DNA of 64,000 bases from Nanobdellota archaeon. GTDB lineage: Archaea; Nanobdellota; Nanobdellia; JAAOXT01. The notes under the pieces were generated by a model, which was not told the origin of the DNA, did not search any database, and was given only the letters and a program-made list of their open reading frames with translations. The translations under genes were made by a program, and so were the position numbers. Numbering within the stretch: position 1 is the first letter of the stretch; every line of letters starts with the position of its first letter. Below, piece by piece: positions 37,862 to 47,598 of this stretch. Location of the stretch: contig JAAOXT010000004.1 in the NCBI GenBank assembly GCA_018221045.1, positions 25,117 through 89,116 on the forward strand, written 5' to 3'.

Positions 37862-40675
37862 ATGAAGCTTTATGAGCGCAAGTGGCAGTTGATATGGGAA
37901 AAAGAGAAAGTGTTTGAGGCTGACCCTGTTAAAGGTAAGAAAAAGTTTTTCATCACGTTCCCGTACCCGTACGTTAACTGCTCTCCTCACATCGGGCACT
38001 CTTACACTGCTTTAAGAGCTGACATGATGGCCCGCTACAATAAAATGATGGGAAAAGTTGTTCTATACCCTCAAGCCTGGCACTTGACTGGAGAGCCATT
38101 GATGGGTGCCGCGAAAAGAATCATGGCTGGCGATGATAAACAGTTCCAAACGTTCAAAAAAGCCGGGGTTCCTGAAAGAATAATTCCTTCTTTCAAAGAC
38201 CCCAAAAAAATGGCTTCTTACTTCATCAAAGAGTGGGATAAACATTTTCATAAGTTAGGTATGAGTACTGATTGGAGAAGAACTTTTTTCACCACTCGTT
38301 TAAACAAGTGTTACAATCGTTTCGTGACCTGGCAGTTCCTGCGATTAAAGGATAAGAAACTGGTTGGAAAAGGAAGTCACCCAATTATTTATTGTCCTCT
38401 CTGCGACAGCCCGACTGGCAGTCATGACCGCTTGAAAGGAGAGAACGCTACAATCGTTGAGCACTTGATGATTCACTTCCGCATGAATGACGGCACAGTC
38501 CTGCCAGCGGCCACGCTGCGCCCGGAAACGACTTACGGCGTGACCAACATGTGGATCAACCCTGAAGTGGTTTACGTTAAAGCAAAGGTTAACGATGAGG
38601 AATGGATTGTTAGCGAGCAAGCGTTTCAAAAACTTGGCAGTCAAGGTTACGACGTTGAACTGGTCGGCGAAGTAAAAGGAACGGAATTAATTGGCAAGAC
38701 CGTGGACAACCCCGTGACTGGTGACAGCGTATACATTTTCCCAGCCAGCTTTGTCAAACCCGAGAATTCCACTGGCATTGTTATGAGTGTTCCAAGCCAC
38801 GCTCCTTACGACCACATGGCATTAGAAGATTTAAAACATGAAAGGAGGTTCAAGAAAAAACTTGACAGCATTGTTTACGTTCATTTGATTGATTCACCTG
38901 GTTTTGATGAACACCCTGCAGTAAGGGTTTGCGAAATGAAAGGAATAATTTCTCAACAAGACGTCAAAAAATTGGAAAATGCTACCAGCATTGTTTATAG
39001 GAATGAGTTTCATAAAGGGGAGATGAACAAGAATTGTGGTAGTTTTGCAGGCAAAAAAGTTTCTGAAAGCAAGGAAGGGTTGATTAAATATTTCGAGAAG
39101 AAAGGATGGGGGTCACGAATTTATGAGACCAGCGAACCAGTCGTTTGCAGGTGCACGAGTCAGACCCACGTAAAATTGTTGAAGAATCAATGGTTCATAA
39201 AATATTCTAATAAGGCGTGGAAGAAAAAGACTTTGAAATGCTTGTCCAAAATGAGGATTTATCCTGAAGAAGCTAGAAAGTGGTTTGAGAACGCTATCAA
39301 AAACATGAATGCCAAGGCGTGCGCCAGAAAATCTGGGTTAGGCACGCCCCTGCCTTGGGATGAAAACTGGATTATTGAGCCCTTATCAGACTCAACGATT
39401 TACATGGCTTACTACGTTATAGCTAAGTACGTGAACTCTGGAGAATTAAAAGAGAACAACCTTGTTCCCGAGTTCTTCGATTACGTCCTGCTTAACCGGA
39501 AGAAGAAAGGTGTTGCGAAAAGGGTGGGGGTTAAGAAATCACTGCTAGATAAGATTAGGAAAGAATTCGAGTATTTTTATCCTGTAGACATGAGGAGCAG
39601 TGGAAAAGACCTTGTACCTCATCACCTGTGCTTCTTCGTTTATAATCACGTCGCTTTCTTTCCAGAAAAGTATTGGCCTAAAAGCATTAGTGTTAACGGT
39701 TGGGTGACCAGTGAAGGAGAAAAGATGAGCAAATCGCTTGGCAACTTCCTGCCATTGTCCGTCGTGATTGAAGAATTCGGTGCTGACGCCACCCGGCTCG
39801 CGTTGTTCGACACTGCTGAGGGTTTAGACGACCCGGATTTCCGCAAGGATAACGCTATAAGTTTCATAAAAAAGATGGGGCGGTTGCTTGAAGAGGTTGC
39901 AGTGTTGAAGAAGTCTAAGGCGTCAAAGTTGGATGACATGGATAAGTGGTTGCTGGCCAGGGTTCAGGACAGGGTTGAAAAAACAAGCAGTTTTCTTGAC
40001 AGCGCTTTGAACAGGCAGGCTTTGCAAGAAGCTTTTCATGGCATGAACTCTGACTTAATCAAATATTTGAACACGAAAAAATTGAATAAGAAAGTGCTTG
40101 AATACTTTTTCAACGTTTTCGCCAGGCTAATGGTTCCTTTCGCCCCTCACTTCAGTGAAGAGCTTTACTTAAAGCTTGGAAAGAAAGTGTTGGTTCACAA
40201 TTCTTCTTGGCCGAAAGTAGAGAAAAAGTTTGTGAACAAAGAGATACAAGTGCTCGTGGATTACAAGGACGCTTTGATGGTGGATGTTAAGAGCATTCAG
40301 CGGTTAATCAAGAAAGACGCGATTGATTTGTTGACAGTTGTTGTTGCGAGTGATTGGAAGAATGAAGTGGCTGAGTGCGCGAGAAAAGCGGTTGAGAAAG
40401 GAAAATTCAGGGCCTTGATAAAAGAAGTCATGAATTCTAAAGTCAAAAGGTATGGTAAGCGCGCGGCCCAATTGGCGCAGGTTTACGCTAAGGATGCTAA
40501 CAAGATTCCTTCAGTCATTCTTGGAAGCAAGAAGGAGTTAAGAATTCTCGGGCAGAACAAGAATGAGTTGGAAAAACTTTTTGGTTGCAAAGTAATCGTA
40601 GAATTGGATGATGAAAGCGGGTCCGAAAAAGCGGTTAAAGCACTGCCGATGAAGCCATCAATCATTCTTGAATAA
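37862..40675 (+). CDS. leuS: Leucyl-tRNA synthetase (archaeal type)
   Basis: FPYPYVNCSPHIGHSYT (HIGH region), AWHLTGEPLMGAA and KMSKSLGN. ATG 37862 (MKLYERKW) is preferred over the track start 37808. Confidence 0.9.
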   Translation: MKLYERKWQLIWEKEKVFEADPVKGKKKFFITFPYPYVNCSPHIGHSYTALRADMMARYNKMMGKVVLYPQAWHLTGEPLMGAAKRIMAGDDKQFQTFKKAGVPERIIPSFKDPKKMASYFIKEWDKHFHKLGMSTDWRRTFFTTRLNKCYNRFVTWQFLRLKDKKLVGKGSHPIIYCPLCDSPTGSHDRLKGENATIVEHLMIHFRMNDGTVLPAATLRPETTYGVTNMWINPEVVYVKAKVNDEEWIVSEQAFQKLGSQGYDVELVGEVKGTELIGKTVDNPVTGDSVYIFPASFVKPENSTGIVMSVPSHAPYDHMALEDLKHERRFKKKLDSIVYVHLIDSPGFDEHPAVRVCEMKGIISQQDVKKLENATSIVYRNEFHKGEMNKNCGSFAGKKVSESKEGLIKYFEKKGWGSRIYETSEPVVCRCTSQTHVKLLKNQWFIKYSNKAWKKKTLKCLSKMRIYPEEARKWFENAIKNMNAKACARKSGLGTPLPWDENWIIEPLSDSTIYMAYYVIAKYVNSGELKENNLVPEFFDYVLLNRKKKGVAKRVGVKKSLLDKIRKEFEYFYPVDMRSSGKDLVPHHLCFFVYNHVAFFPEKYWPKSISVNGWVTSEGEKMSKSLGNFLPLSVVIEEFGADATRLALFDTAEGLDDPDFRKDNAISFIKKMGRLLEEVAVLKKSKASKLDDMDKWLLARVQDRVEKTSSFLDSALNRQALQEAFHGMNSDLIKYLNTKKLNKKVLEYFFNVFARLMVPFAPHFSEELYLKLGKKVLVHNSSWPKVEKKFVNKEIQVLVDYKDALMVDVKSIQRLIKKDAIDLLTVVVASDWKNEVAECARKAVEKGKFRALIKEVMNSKVKRYGKRAAQLAQVYAKDANKIPSVILGSKKELRILGQNKNELEKLFGCKVIVELDDESGSEKAVKALPMKPSIILE

Positions 40676-41150
40676 AGTTTTTTTGGATTATTAGTCCGCC
40701 AATGTAGTCTTGCTCAAACACTAGTTCTCCTTTGTAAAATATTTTTTCAAGCCCTTTAAACGAGGTTACATCCCCTTCTGACTCGTCCACGTATTCGTAA
40801 TCACCTTGCTCGAAACTTTCTGGTCCTCGGAAAGGACGGGATTCTTCAATCCTTTTCAAAGCTTCCTTCAAGAAATTGAAGGTTTGTTTAGCGAAACCAA
40901 GATTTTCATGGTATTTTTTCCTCATCCCCCCGTTGTAAGACATCGCCCACACTGGTTCCCCGCGAAAACTAACTACTTCTTGCCCAGGCGCGCAGTAGAA
41001 TCCAGAATAACTGTCCCTATAACACCAATCACCTTCTTCGAATTCCAGTTCTTTGAAACCTTTTCTTTGAGAAGTGATTTCTGCTACATCGCTGGCGTAA
41101 GTGCTTGTTTTTGCTTTGACTAAGAATTTTGATAGTTCTTCAATGTTCAT
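40662..41150 (-). CDS. Conserved hypothetical protein (possibly DUF5680-like)
   Basis: 162 aa. The KTSTYAS...YRDSYSGF...GQEVV...PVWAMSYNGG pattern is assigned from memory only. Confidence 0.4.
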   Translation of the reverse strand: MNIEELSKFLVKAKTSTYASDVAEITSQRKGFKELEFEEGDWCYRDSYSGFYCAPGQEVVSFRGEPVWAMSYNGGMRKKYHENLGFAKQTFNFLKEALKRIEESRPFRGPESFEQGDYEYVDESEGDVTSFKGLEKIFYKGELVFEQDYIGGLIIQKNFIQE

Positions 41151-41817
41151 TTCCTAACACGCTCGCAAGCTGGTTTGCCTGATTTATTAATGGTTTGGCT
41201 GACTTGGCCACGAAGTAAAGTGCTGCCAACGCAGTCATGCCCATCGTGATAGCTAAGAACAGTGGATAAAGTCCTATCGCATCTGTTACGTTTCCGACGC
41301 CGTAATCCATTGCTTGTTCTAACCTGTCTATACCGCAACCCTCCCACGGGCCGAAAAGGGTTTCAGAATTGTCCATGAGCTCAATGTTGGCGCCGTAACC
41401 ATTGATTGTTGCTCCTAATGACCCTCCGAGAAAAGCTCCTCCCAAGGCGTATCCAATTCTTCCTTTCCAAGTGCTTGCTTTCTTCCATCCAGCAACCGCC
41501 CCAAAAAAGCTTCCCAACAAAGCTCCAGGTATCGCACCTCCAACCATCCCTTCAAGCAATTGATTGTTCAAGAAAATGTCTTGCATGGCATGAGCGAAAG
41601 TACTTCCTTCATCACAGTTGCATCGTTCATAGATAATGCTTGGCAGTGAAGAATTCTCGAATCCAGGTGGGAATCCTGATTTAGTAGCTTCCATGAAGCC
41701 GAGGAGTCCAAGATTGTACGCTGTAGTGGAGCCAATACCCGCTCCCATCAAAGCTTTTCCCGCTTTTGATGCCTTTCCCGCTTTTGATTCAAATTTTTTT
41801 TCTAAACCGCTTTGCAT
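41140..41817 (-). CDS. Glycine-rich membrane protein, hypothetical
   Basis: 225 aa with G/A-rich amphipathic and TM segments. Overlaps the downstream gene by 11 nt. Confidence 0.45.
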   Translation of the reverse strand: MQSGLEKKFESKAGKASKAGKALMGAGIGSTTAYNLGLLGFMEATKSGFPPGFENSSLPSIIYERCNCDEGSTFAHAMQDIFLNNQLLEGMVGGAIPGALLGSFFGAVAGWKKASTWKGRIGYALGGAFLGGSLGATINGYGANIELMDNSETLFGPWEGCGIDRLEQAMDYGVGNVTDAIGLYPLFLAITMGMTALAALYFVAKSAKPLINQANQLASVLGNEH

Positions 41818-41905
41818 ATAAAAAAGTTAATCAATTATTTGCTTAAAAAGTTATTGGACTTGTATAGGAATGTTTTAATTACTGTTTATTGTTCTTTTTT
41901 ATTTG

Positions 41906-42634
41906 ATGAAAGATTTGCGGGGCAAACTATCGCGAAGCATTCGGAATAAAGAAATGGTTTTACTGGTTTGTAACTGCAGGGTGGATTACTCTGGAAGAGC
42001 GGTCAGCGCGCTTGGCTGGGGTGACCGTCTCGTCTTGATAAAACCAGACCACACAGTGCTCGTGCACAAGCCTGACGGCCGCAACCCTGTTAACTGGATG
42101 GCAGAAGGTTCAAACATTGAAGTTGAGGAAAGTGATGGTAGTCTTATTATTATTTGTGATAGCGTGAACCCAAGAGAGCACATGGTCGTGACTGTTCGAA
42201 AAGTGTATTCCCTGGAATCCAATAAGTTGAAGGATGGCGAGGTTCTGGTTAGCGCGGGAAGCGAGGCTGACATGGCGCGCATGATTTACGAAAACCCTTC
42301 GCTTATCGGCGAGTCTTTTAAGCCGGTCAGATTGGAGGAGCAGACCAAGCACGGTTTTATCGACGTTCTCGGAGCCGAGGGAAGCGTTTTGACCGTTGTG
42401 GAGTGCAAGCGTTATAAAGCAGGGTTAGGGGCTGTTCAGCAGTTGAGGCGTTACGTTGAGCGTTTGCAGAAAAGCAAGGGCGTGATGAAGGTTAACGGGG
42501 TGGTGGCTGCGCCGAGCATTACAAAAAACGCTATGAACATGCTAGGGGATTGGGGTTATCGTTTCGTTGTGGTCGAGCCGCCAATGTATTTGGATTTGGA
42601 TAAAAGCGAGCAGAGAAGGCTTGAAGATTATTGA
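41906..42634 (+). CDS. nucS: Endonuclease NucS/EndoMS
   Basis: N-terminal half-barrel (VLVHKPDGRNPVNWM) plus a C-terminal RecB-like D...ExK motif (GFIDVLG...VVECKR). Confidence 0.8.
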   Translation: MKDLRGKLSRSIRNKEMVLLVCNCRVDYSGRAVSALGWGDRLVLIKPDHTVLVHKPDGRNPVNWMAEGSNIEVEESDGSLIIICDSVNPREHMVVTVRKVYSLESNKLKDGEVLVSAGSEADMARMIYENPSLIGESFKPVRLEEQTKHGFIDVLGAEGSVLTVVECKRYKAGLGAVQQLRRYVERLQKSKGVMKVNGVVAAPSITKNAMNMLGDWGYRFVVVEPPMYLDLDKSEQRRLEDY

Positions 42635-43110
42635 ATTTTTTGCAGTAGTTGCAGGATTAGGTTCAGTTTTTGACTTATTTCTCGAAGTTTATTCGTGTTC
42701 AATTCTTGATGTGCTTGCGTGGCTTTTTTCATGAGCTTGGTTTCTATGCTTTCAAACTCTTGTTTCCCTGCTAAACTTTTTTTCTTAACTTTCTGTTCTT
42801 CCATGGATTTAAGTATTGAAAAATCTCCGGCTCGCAGGTAGATTTTCGTGTTCAAATCTTTTTTCTTAGGCTTGGACTCCTTCCATTCCACAGGGTAATA
42901 TTCTATGTAAAAGAACTTGTTTCCTTCTACTCTTTGGACGCGAATCTCTTTTCTTCCAACGTCATTCGGGTCAAAATAAATCTTATAATTCCTGGCTTTT
43001 CCCCCTATGCTCGCCAGCTTTTGTATCACAAGGTTGGCGTCGCGTCCAGTGATTTCGTCGAATGACCTGAACACGCCCCTAATTTTCTGAGTCCATCTGT
43101 TAACACCCAT
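42628..43110 (-). CDS. Hypothetical protein
   Basis: 160-aa ORF with a basic, helical C-terminus. No family recognised. Confidence 0.45.
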   Translation of the reverse strand: MGVNRWTQKIRGVFRSFDEITGRDANLVIQKLASIGGKARNYKIYFDPNDVGRKEIRVQRVEGNKFFYIEYYPVEWKESKPKKKDLNTKIYLRAGDFSILKSMEEQKVKKKSLAGKQEFESIETKLMKKATQAHQELNTNKLREISQKLNLILQLLQKIQ

Positions 43111-43233
43111 TTTTTATTTAGTTTAAGCTTGTTTGAACTAGTTAAATACCATTTTGGTTAGAAGTATAAGAAAAGAGTTTAGGCTGGTGTTTCAGCCTTC
43201 CTCCAGAAAAAAAAAGGTTTTTGTTATTTTTTT

Positions 43234-43536
43234 TTATCCGAAGAGCGCGCCTAGGCCTGCAGCTGCTTCTTTTTTAGCTTCTTCTTTCTTCTCTTCTGTC
43301 TTCACTTCTTTCTTTTCTTCTGTCTTCACTTCTTCTTTATGTGCAGGTGCTGCCGCCATTACTGGTGCTTGGCTAACGACTTTGTCTATGTCTATTCCTT
43401 CTAATGCTGCGACAAGAGCTTTCACTCTTGAGTCGTCAACTTTGACTCCTGCAGAGGTAAGAACTGCTTTCAATTCTTTTTCCTCAACTTTTTTTCCTGC
43501 TTTGTGAAGCAATAATGCTGCGTACATGTATTCCAT
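43234..43536 (-). CDS. rpl12: 50S ribosomal stalk protein P1 (aP1/L12)
   Basis: [17 protein letters not shown]..., K/E-rich hinge and C-terminal GLGALFG. Confidence 0.9.
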   Translation of the reverse strand: MEYMYAALLLHKAGKKVEEKELKAVLTSAGVKVDDSRVKALVAALEGIDIDKVVSQAPVMAAAPAHKEEVKTEEKKEVKTEEKKEEAKKEAAAGLGALFG

Positions 43537-43542
43537 TTTTTT

Positions 43543-44445
43543 TTATCCTCCAAGTATTGATCTGACTATTATTTCGTTTAGTTGTTCGCTCAGCGCGTTC
43601 CTATCTTTTTCCTGCACTCCTCTGGCTAACTGCATTGCTTGGCCTTCCGCTTTTCTTAGTATTTCGTCTCTGGTCTGTTTTGTCGGGAAGCCAGTGTTCA
43701 TGGACAGTGCTATGGCTTGCGAGTGAAGTTTTTGCAATAACGCGTTTATTGTTTCTTTTATTGGGATGTTCGCGTTAAGCGACAGCGCTAAGGCTGTTGC
43801 GTGAGCTAGTTTAAGCTTTTCAGTGTATTCTTTTGTGTCTATTCTTAGCTGATCTGCGCTGAATATGATTCCTTTTTCCCAAACCGCTTTTATGGTCAAG
43901 CCTATCTCCATTGGTTCTATGCCAAGCCTTCTCAGAATGCTTGCAGCCACTTTGCTTATGATTTCTTCTTTCTTGACTACTATTACGTCTTGGGTTATGG
44001 TTAATTTTCCTGCCTCAACCTTTGTTTTGATTCCTAAAATGCCTAGTTCTCCTATTATTGGTCCGGGGGTGAATGGTGTGGGCCCTGCTGGGGCTACAAT
44101 GTCTTTTGGAGATGTTTGGCCTGCTTTGGCTAGTGCAGGGGATTTGTTATCATTAATTATTTTTGCGAGTCTAAACGGGTCCAGGCTGGATAGAATAAGT
44201 GCTGGCATCGATCCTAAATTTTTTATTAGTTCTTTGATGTTTTTTTTATCAGAAGTTTCTAAAACCCGCTTCAGAATTCTCTTACGAGCCATTAACAAAG
44301 TTACTCCTTTCTCCTTGAGTTTTTTCTTCATGATTTGTAATTGTTTGGCTGGCAGGGCGTGAAAATCAACTATTCCTAAAACCTTGTAATCCTTAATTTT
44401 TTCACTGATTTCTTTTACCCTTTCTTTTTTCCACTCTTTTACCAT
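43543..44445 (-). CDS. rplP0: 50S ribosomal protein uL10 (P0)
   Basis: Position between L1 and P1, 300 aa, and a uL10-type N-terminus. Confidence 0.9.
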   Translation of the reverse strand: MVKEWKKERVKEISEKIKDYKVLGIVDFHALPAKQLQIMKKKLKEKGVTLLMARKRILKRVLETSDKKNIKELIKNLGSMPALILSSLDPFRLAKIINDNKSPALAKAGQTSPKDIVAPAGPTPFTPGPIIGELGILGIKTKVEAGKLTITQDVIVVKKEEIISKVAASILRRLGIEPMEIGLTIKAVWEKGIIFSADQLRIDTKEYTEKLKLAHATALALSLNANIPIKETINALLQKLHSQAIALSMNTGFPTKQTRDEILRKAEGQAMQLARGVQEKDRNALSEQLNEIIVRSILGG

Positions 44446-45086
44446 AGCTTCACCGGTTTTCCCATCGTCAGTTTTAAGAAAGCGTCTCTTATCTCGTTCT
44501 GAGCGTAATGTCTTTTAACTTCTTCCAAAACTGTTTTAACGTTTTTTGATAGTTGCTCGTCTTTCATGTCTTCAGTTCCTACTAGGACTTGAATCATGGG
44601 GTGTTTTTTCACTCTTAGAATCACGGTATCCCTTAATTTTTTGGTTAGTGCTTCCAAGTCAGTTTTTGGAAAGATTACTTGCCCTGCTTTCGGGTTTGGC
44701 ATTTTTCCTTTTGCCCCAAGGTATTTACCGAAGATTTTGGCTTGGTCTATCATCACGCTGGCTTGAGCTATGAAAAAATCGTTGGTTCTGACGAGTTTTC
44801 TTATTTCTCTTGGTTTATCCCATTTTGAAAAATCTTTTTTTTCGATGACCTCGTCGCAGTGCTTTTTAGCCTGTACTGTTGTGTCTTTGTCAACGAACGC
44901 GGCTATCCTCGCTTTTTTCCTTCCTCTTCCTGCGGGTAAGTGTTCGAAAATCTCGATTTTTTTGTCGTTTTTCTTTAGGTCAACGTTTTTTAGAGTGATG
45001 ATTAAATCTATTGATTGAACGAATTTTCTTTTACTGCCTTGCTCCCTAGCTTTTTTCAGAATTTTTATTATTTCAAGTGATTCCAT
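44439..45086 (-). CDS. rpl1: 50S ribosomal protein uL1
   Basis: 215-aa basic protein at the head of the L1-P0-P1 unit. Confidence 0.9.
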   Translation of the reverse strand: MESLEIIKILKKAREQGSKRKFVQSIDLIITLKNVDLKKNDKKIEIFEHLPAGRGRKKARIAAFVDKDTTVQAKKHCDEVIEKKDFSKWDKPREIRKLVRTNDFFIAQASVMIDQAKIFGKYLGAKGKMPNPKAGQVIFPKTDLEALTKKLRDTVILRVKKHPMIQVLVGTEDMKDEQLSKNVKTVLEEVKRHYAQNEIRDAFLKLTMGKPVKLW

Positions 45087-45144
45087 TTTTTTTCGGTGGC
45101 TAACCTCCTGCTTGTAAGCAGTGCTTCTGAAAGACGAGTATGGG

Positions 45145-45157
45145 TTTTATAAAATTT
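45145..45157 (-). promoter_or_regulatory. Candidate TATA box (AAATTTTATAAAAC region) for the L1-P0-P1 operon
   Basis: Lies about 60 nt upstream of ATG 45086, which leaves a leader of about 35 nt containing a hairpin and AGGAGGT. Confidence 0.35.
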
Positions 45158-45188
45158 ACGGTCGGAAAAAGAATTAAATGGCGCGGGT

Positions 45189-45794
45189 TTAAAAATCGAC
45201 GCCCAATGATCCTAAAGATTTTTCCAATTTTTTAGGGGAAGTGTAATGCACGCCAAACATTCCTAGCTTGCTGGCCGCACTCGAATAATTTTTTATGTCA
45301 TCAATGTACACGCATTCGCCAGGTTTTAAACCCAATTTCTTCAAACAATCCTTATAGATTCTAGAATCGGGTTTCATCGCTTTCGTCTCAAAAGATAAAG
45401 AGACCGCGTCAAAAAAATTGAATATTTCAAGAGGCTTTATACCTAAATTAAAGTGCAACTCACTCGTGTTTGAAAGAAGAGCGAGCACATACTTTTTCTT
45501 CAAATTCTTTATTAGTTGAAAAGTTGGTTTTATTGGATGAAATATGTTTATAAACGCTTTAACAAAAGCGTTTCGCGACATTTTTAAATCACATAGCTTA
45601 ACAATTTTTTCGAAGAATTCCTTTGAGCTAATCAAACCTGTTTCGTATAAATTAGGAAGATTTGATTCTACGTAAATCAATTTTTTTACTTCTTCAAAAG
45701 ATTTGCTTGTATGCCTGCTTATCCGTTTAAGAAAGAGGTCGTTGTCAAAAGAGCAGATGACGTTTCCAAAATCGAAAATAATTGCTTTAATCAT
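45189..45794 (-). CDS. HAD-superfamily hydrolase
   Basis: Motif I IIFDFGNV, motif II LLSNT, and a late DD motif. Confidence 0.75.
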   Translation of the reverse strand: MIKAIIFDFGNVICSFDNDLFLKRISRHTSKSFEEVKKLIYVESNLPNLYETGLISSKEFFEKIVKLCDLKMSRNAFVKAFINIFHPIKPTFQLIKNLKKKYVLALLSNTSELHFNLGIKPLEIFNFFDAVSLSFETKAMKPDSRIYKDCLKKLGLKPGECVYIDDIKNYSSAASKLGMFGVHYTSPKKLEKSLGSLGVDF

Positions 45795-45891
45795 TCTTTT
45801 TAAAAAAAAGGGTTATGATAATATAAAAATTTCTCTACACCCTTCTGTTTCGTAACGTTTTTAAAAACCGTTTTTTCTTCAGTTTACGATA

Positions 45892-46446
45892 ATGTTTCTT
45901 TCTAAAAAAGGTAGCATAGGTTTTGCTGATTATTACTACACTCCTAAAATCGTGAACGAAGAGGACAAAAAGAAGTGGGTTTATTTCAAGAAAAAGTGTG
46001 GACTGTATTACGCGTGCACTGATTTTAACGAGTTAGGAGTGAAAACAAGATTTTTTGCGAATTGGGTGTGGCAACAAGCGTATTTAGGAACTGAAGAAAA
46101 AAAACTGGAAGAAGAAAAAATGTTGTATGATGAACCAATATTGACGCGTTACGTAAGATTTGGTTTAAATTCACCATTCCTTCTTGAGCAGTTCGTGGTT
46201 CTTGACCTGGGTTGCGGCACGAACAATCGTTTGACAAACGTGACAGGAGTTGTCCCTGCTGGAAGAAGTTTTCGTGCAGGAATGAAAGGAGACGTCACGA
46301 AAGTCAACGTGTTAAGCAAATCCTCACTTGATACAAAGGAATTTCAATTATTCGAGCCAAGACAGGATTCATTAGAGTATTATTTAGAAAACAGGTTAGA
46401 ACACAAGTTGAACGCGATTAACGCGTGGTTTAGTCAACGGGATTAA
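45892..46446 (+). CDS. Hypothetical protein
   Basis: 184 aa. An isolated VVLDLGCGTN stretch resembles SAM-MTase motif I, but the remainder does not fit a full methyltransferase fold. Confidence 0.4.
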   Translation: MFLSKKGSIGFADYYYTPKIVNEEDKKKWVYFKKKCGLYYACTDFNELGVKTRFFANWVWQQAYLGTEEKKLEEEKMLYDEPILTRYVRFGLNSPFLLEQFVVLDLGCGTNNRLTNVTGVVPAGRSFRAGMKGDVTKVNVLSKSSLDTKEFQLFEPRQDSLEYYLENRLEHKLNAINAWFSQRD

Positions 46447-46460
46447 AACATTCTGATTCC

Positions 46461-46910
46461 TTATACTTCTTGCAGGAATTCTTGCGGTTTCTTGCCCTCA
46501 ATCGTGACACCCATGCTCCTGCAAACACCAAGGACTTCTTTCATTGATGACTTTATTTCAGTAGCGTAACTCGCATCCATCTTCATTCTCGCAACCTTTT
46601 CCAGTTGCTCTCGTGAAAGGTCTGCGACGAACTCCGTGTTAGGCGAGCCACTGCCCTTCTTAATCCCAACTTCTTTCTTGATTAACTCGGAAGTGGGAGG
46701 CATTCCAACGCTTATCGTGAACGCTTTAGTATCAGTGTCCACAACTATCTTAACCGGCACTTTCATGCCCTTAAAATCACTTGTTTTCTGGTTTATCTCT
46801 GATAAGATCGCGCCAATATTCACTCCCAAAGGCCCGAGGACCCCGCCGATTGCTGGTCCTGGCTTGGCTTCTCCGCCATCAACCAATACTTGAACAGTTT
46901 CTTTAACCAT
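46461..46910 (-). CDS. rpl11: 50S ribosomal protein uL11
   Basis: VDGGEAKPGPAIGGVLGPLGVNI N-terminal domain. Confidence 0.9.
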   Translation of the reverse strand: MVKETVQVLVDGGEAKPGPAIGGVLGPLGVNIGAILSEINQKTSDFKGMKVPVKIVVDTDTKAFTISVGMPPTSELIKKEVGIKKGSGSPNTEFVADLSREQLEKVARMKMDASYATEIKSSMKEVLGVCRSMGVTIEGKKPQEFLQEV

Positions 46911-46930
46911 TATAATTTAATCACCTAACT

Positions 46931-47386
46931 TTATTCTTCTTCCTCTTCTTCTTTTCTTTCGATTAATCGAATGCTGTTCATGTTAACCCTAACCGGTATT
47001 GGAACAGCTGCTTCCAACAATTGAACGTCCACCTGCTCTTTCACAGCAATGATTCTGGAAATCTTAGCCTTCTCTCCTTTGAAAGGCCCGCTAATCAATT
47101 CAACTATATCATTCTTTTTGAGAGTTATTTTCTGAGCGACCGGTGATAAAAAGTGCTTAACCTGATCAATGGTTACCTCACCATCAATCAATCCTCTAGC
47201 GTGAGGTATTCCATAAATCGCTTTTTGAACTATTTCTTTGTCAGATGATTCAATAAAAAAGTATCCTTTAATGTTTGATGGATGCAGGATGGCATCAACT
47301 TTTAATACTTCATTTTTTATTCTGGAGGACAGCCTATCAATGACTTGTTTCTCCCTACCGCTTGTCGTTCTTACTGCGAAAATCAT
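46931..47386 (-). CDS. spt5: Transcription elongation factor Spt5 (NusG)
   Basis: NGN domain (MIFAVRTTSGREKQV) plus KOW (DIVELISGPFKGEKAKISRI). Confidence 0.9.
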   Translation of the reverse strand: MIFAVRTTSGREKQVIDRLSSRIKNEVLKVDAILHPSNIKGYFFIESSDKEIVQKAIYGIPHARGLIDGEVTIDQVKHFLSPVAQKITLKKNDIVELISGPFKGEKAKISRIIAVKEQVDVQLLEAAVPIPVRVNMNSIRLIERKEEEEEE

Positions 47387-47550
47387 CCTCGAATCAACTC
47401 ATAAATCACTTGAATGATAAAACCTATCATTCCTATAATAATGATTCCAGCACCAGTCACCCTAATAATTGTTTCTACCTCTTTTTTGCTGGGCTTCTTG
47501 CTAATCAAGAGAATTCTTTTATACTCTCTGAGTTTTGATGCTAGTTTCAT
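47383..47550 (-). CDS. secE: Preprotein translocase subunit SecE (Sec61 gamma), 55 aa, absent from the ORF track
   Basis: Hand translation gives MKLASKLREYKRILLISKKPSKKEVETIIRVTGAGIIIIGMIGFIIQVIYELIRG. The stop overlaps the spt5 ATG (ATGA). The secE-spt5-L11 order is canonical in archaea. The + ORF 47414-47602 is its antisense shadow. Confidence 0.75.
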   Translation of the reverse strand: MKLASKLREYKRILLISKKPSKKEVETIIRVTGAGIIIIGMIGFIIQVIYELIRG

Positions 47551-47598
47551 TAATTTATTCTTAAGGAGTTTGTTAAGAGGGGTTTTTAAACCTTTTTG

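Noticed and set aside
43154-43507. Plus-strand 117-aa ORF and the short tandem repeat in the K/E-rich hinge of aP1
   Set aside because: The ORF is antisense to the P1 gene. The nucleotide repeat only reflects the repetitive [12 protein letters not shown] hinge coding sequence.
45892-46446. Calling the 184-aa ORF a SAM methyltransferase because of VVLDLGCGTN
   Set aside because: The motif is isolated and sits about 105 residues in. The remaining length is too short for the post-motif-I Rossmann strands.
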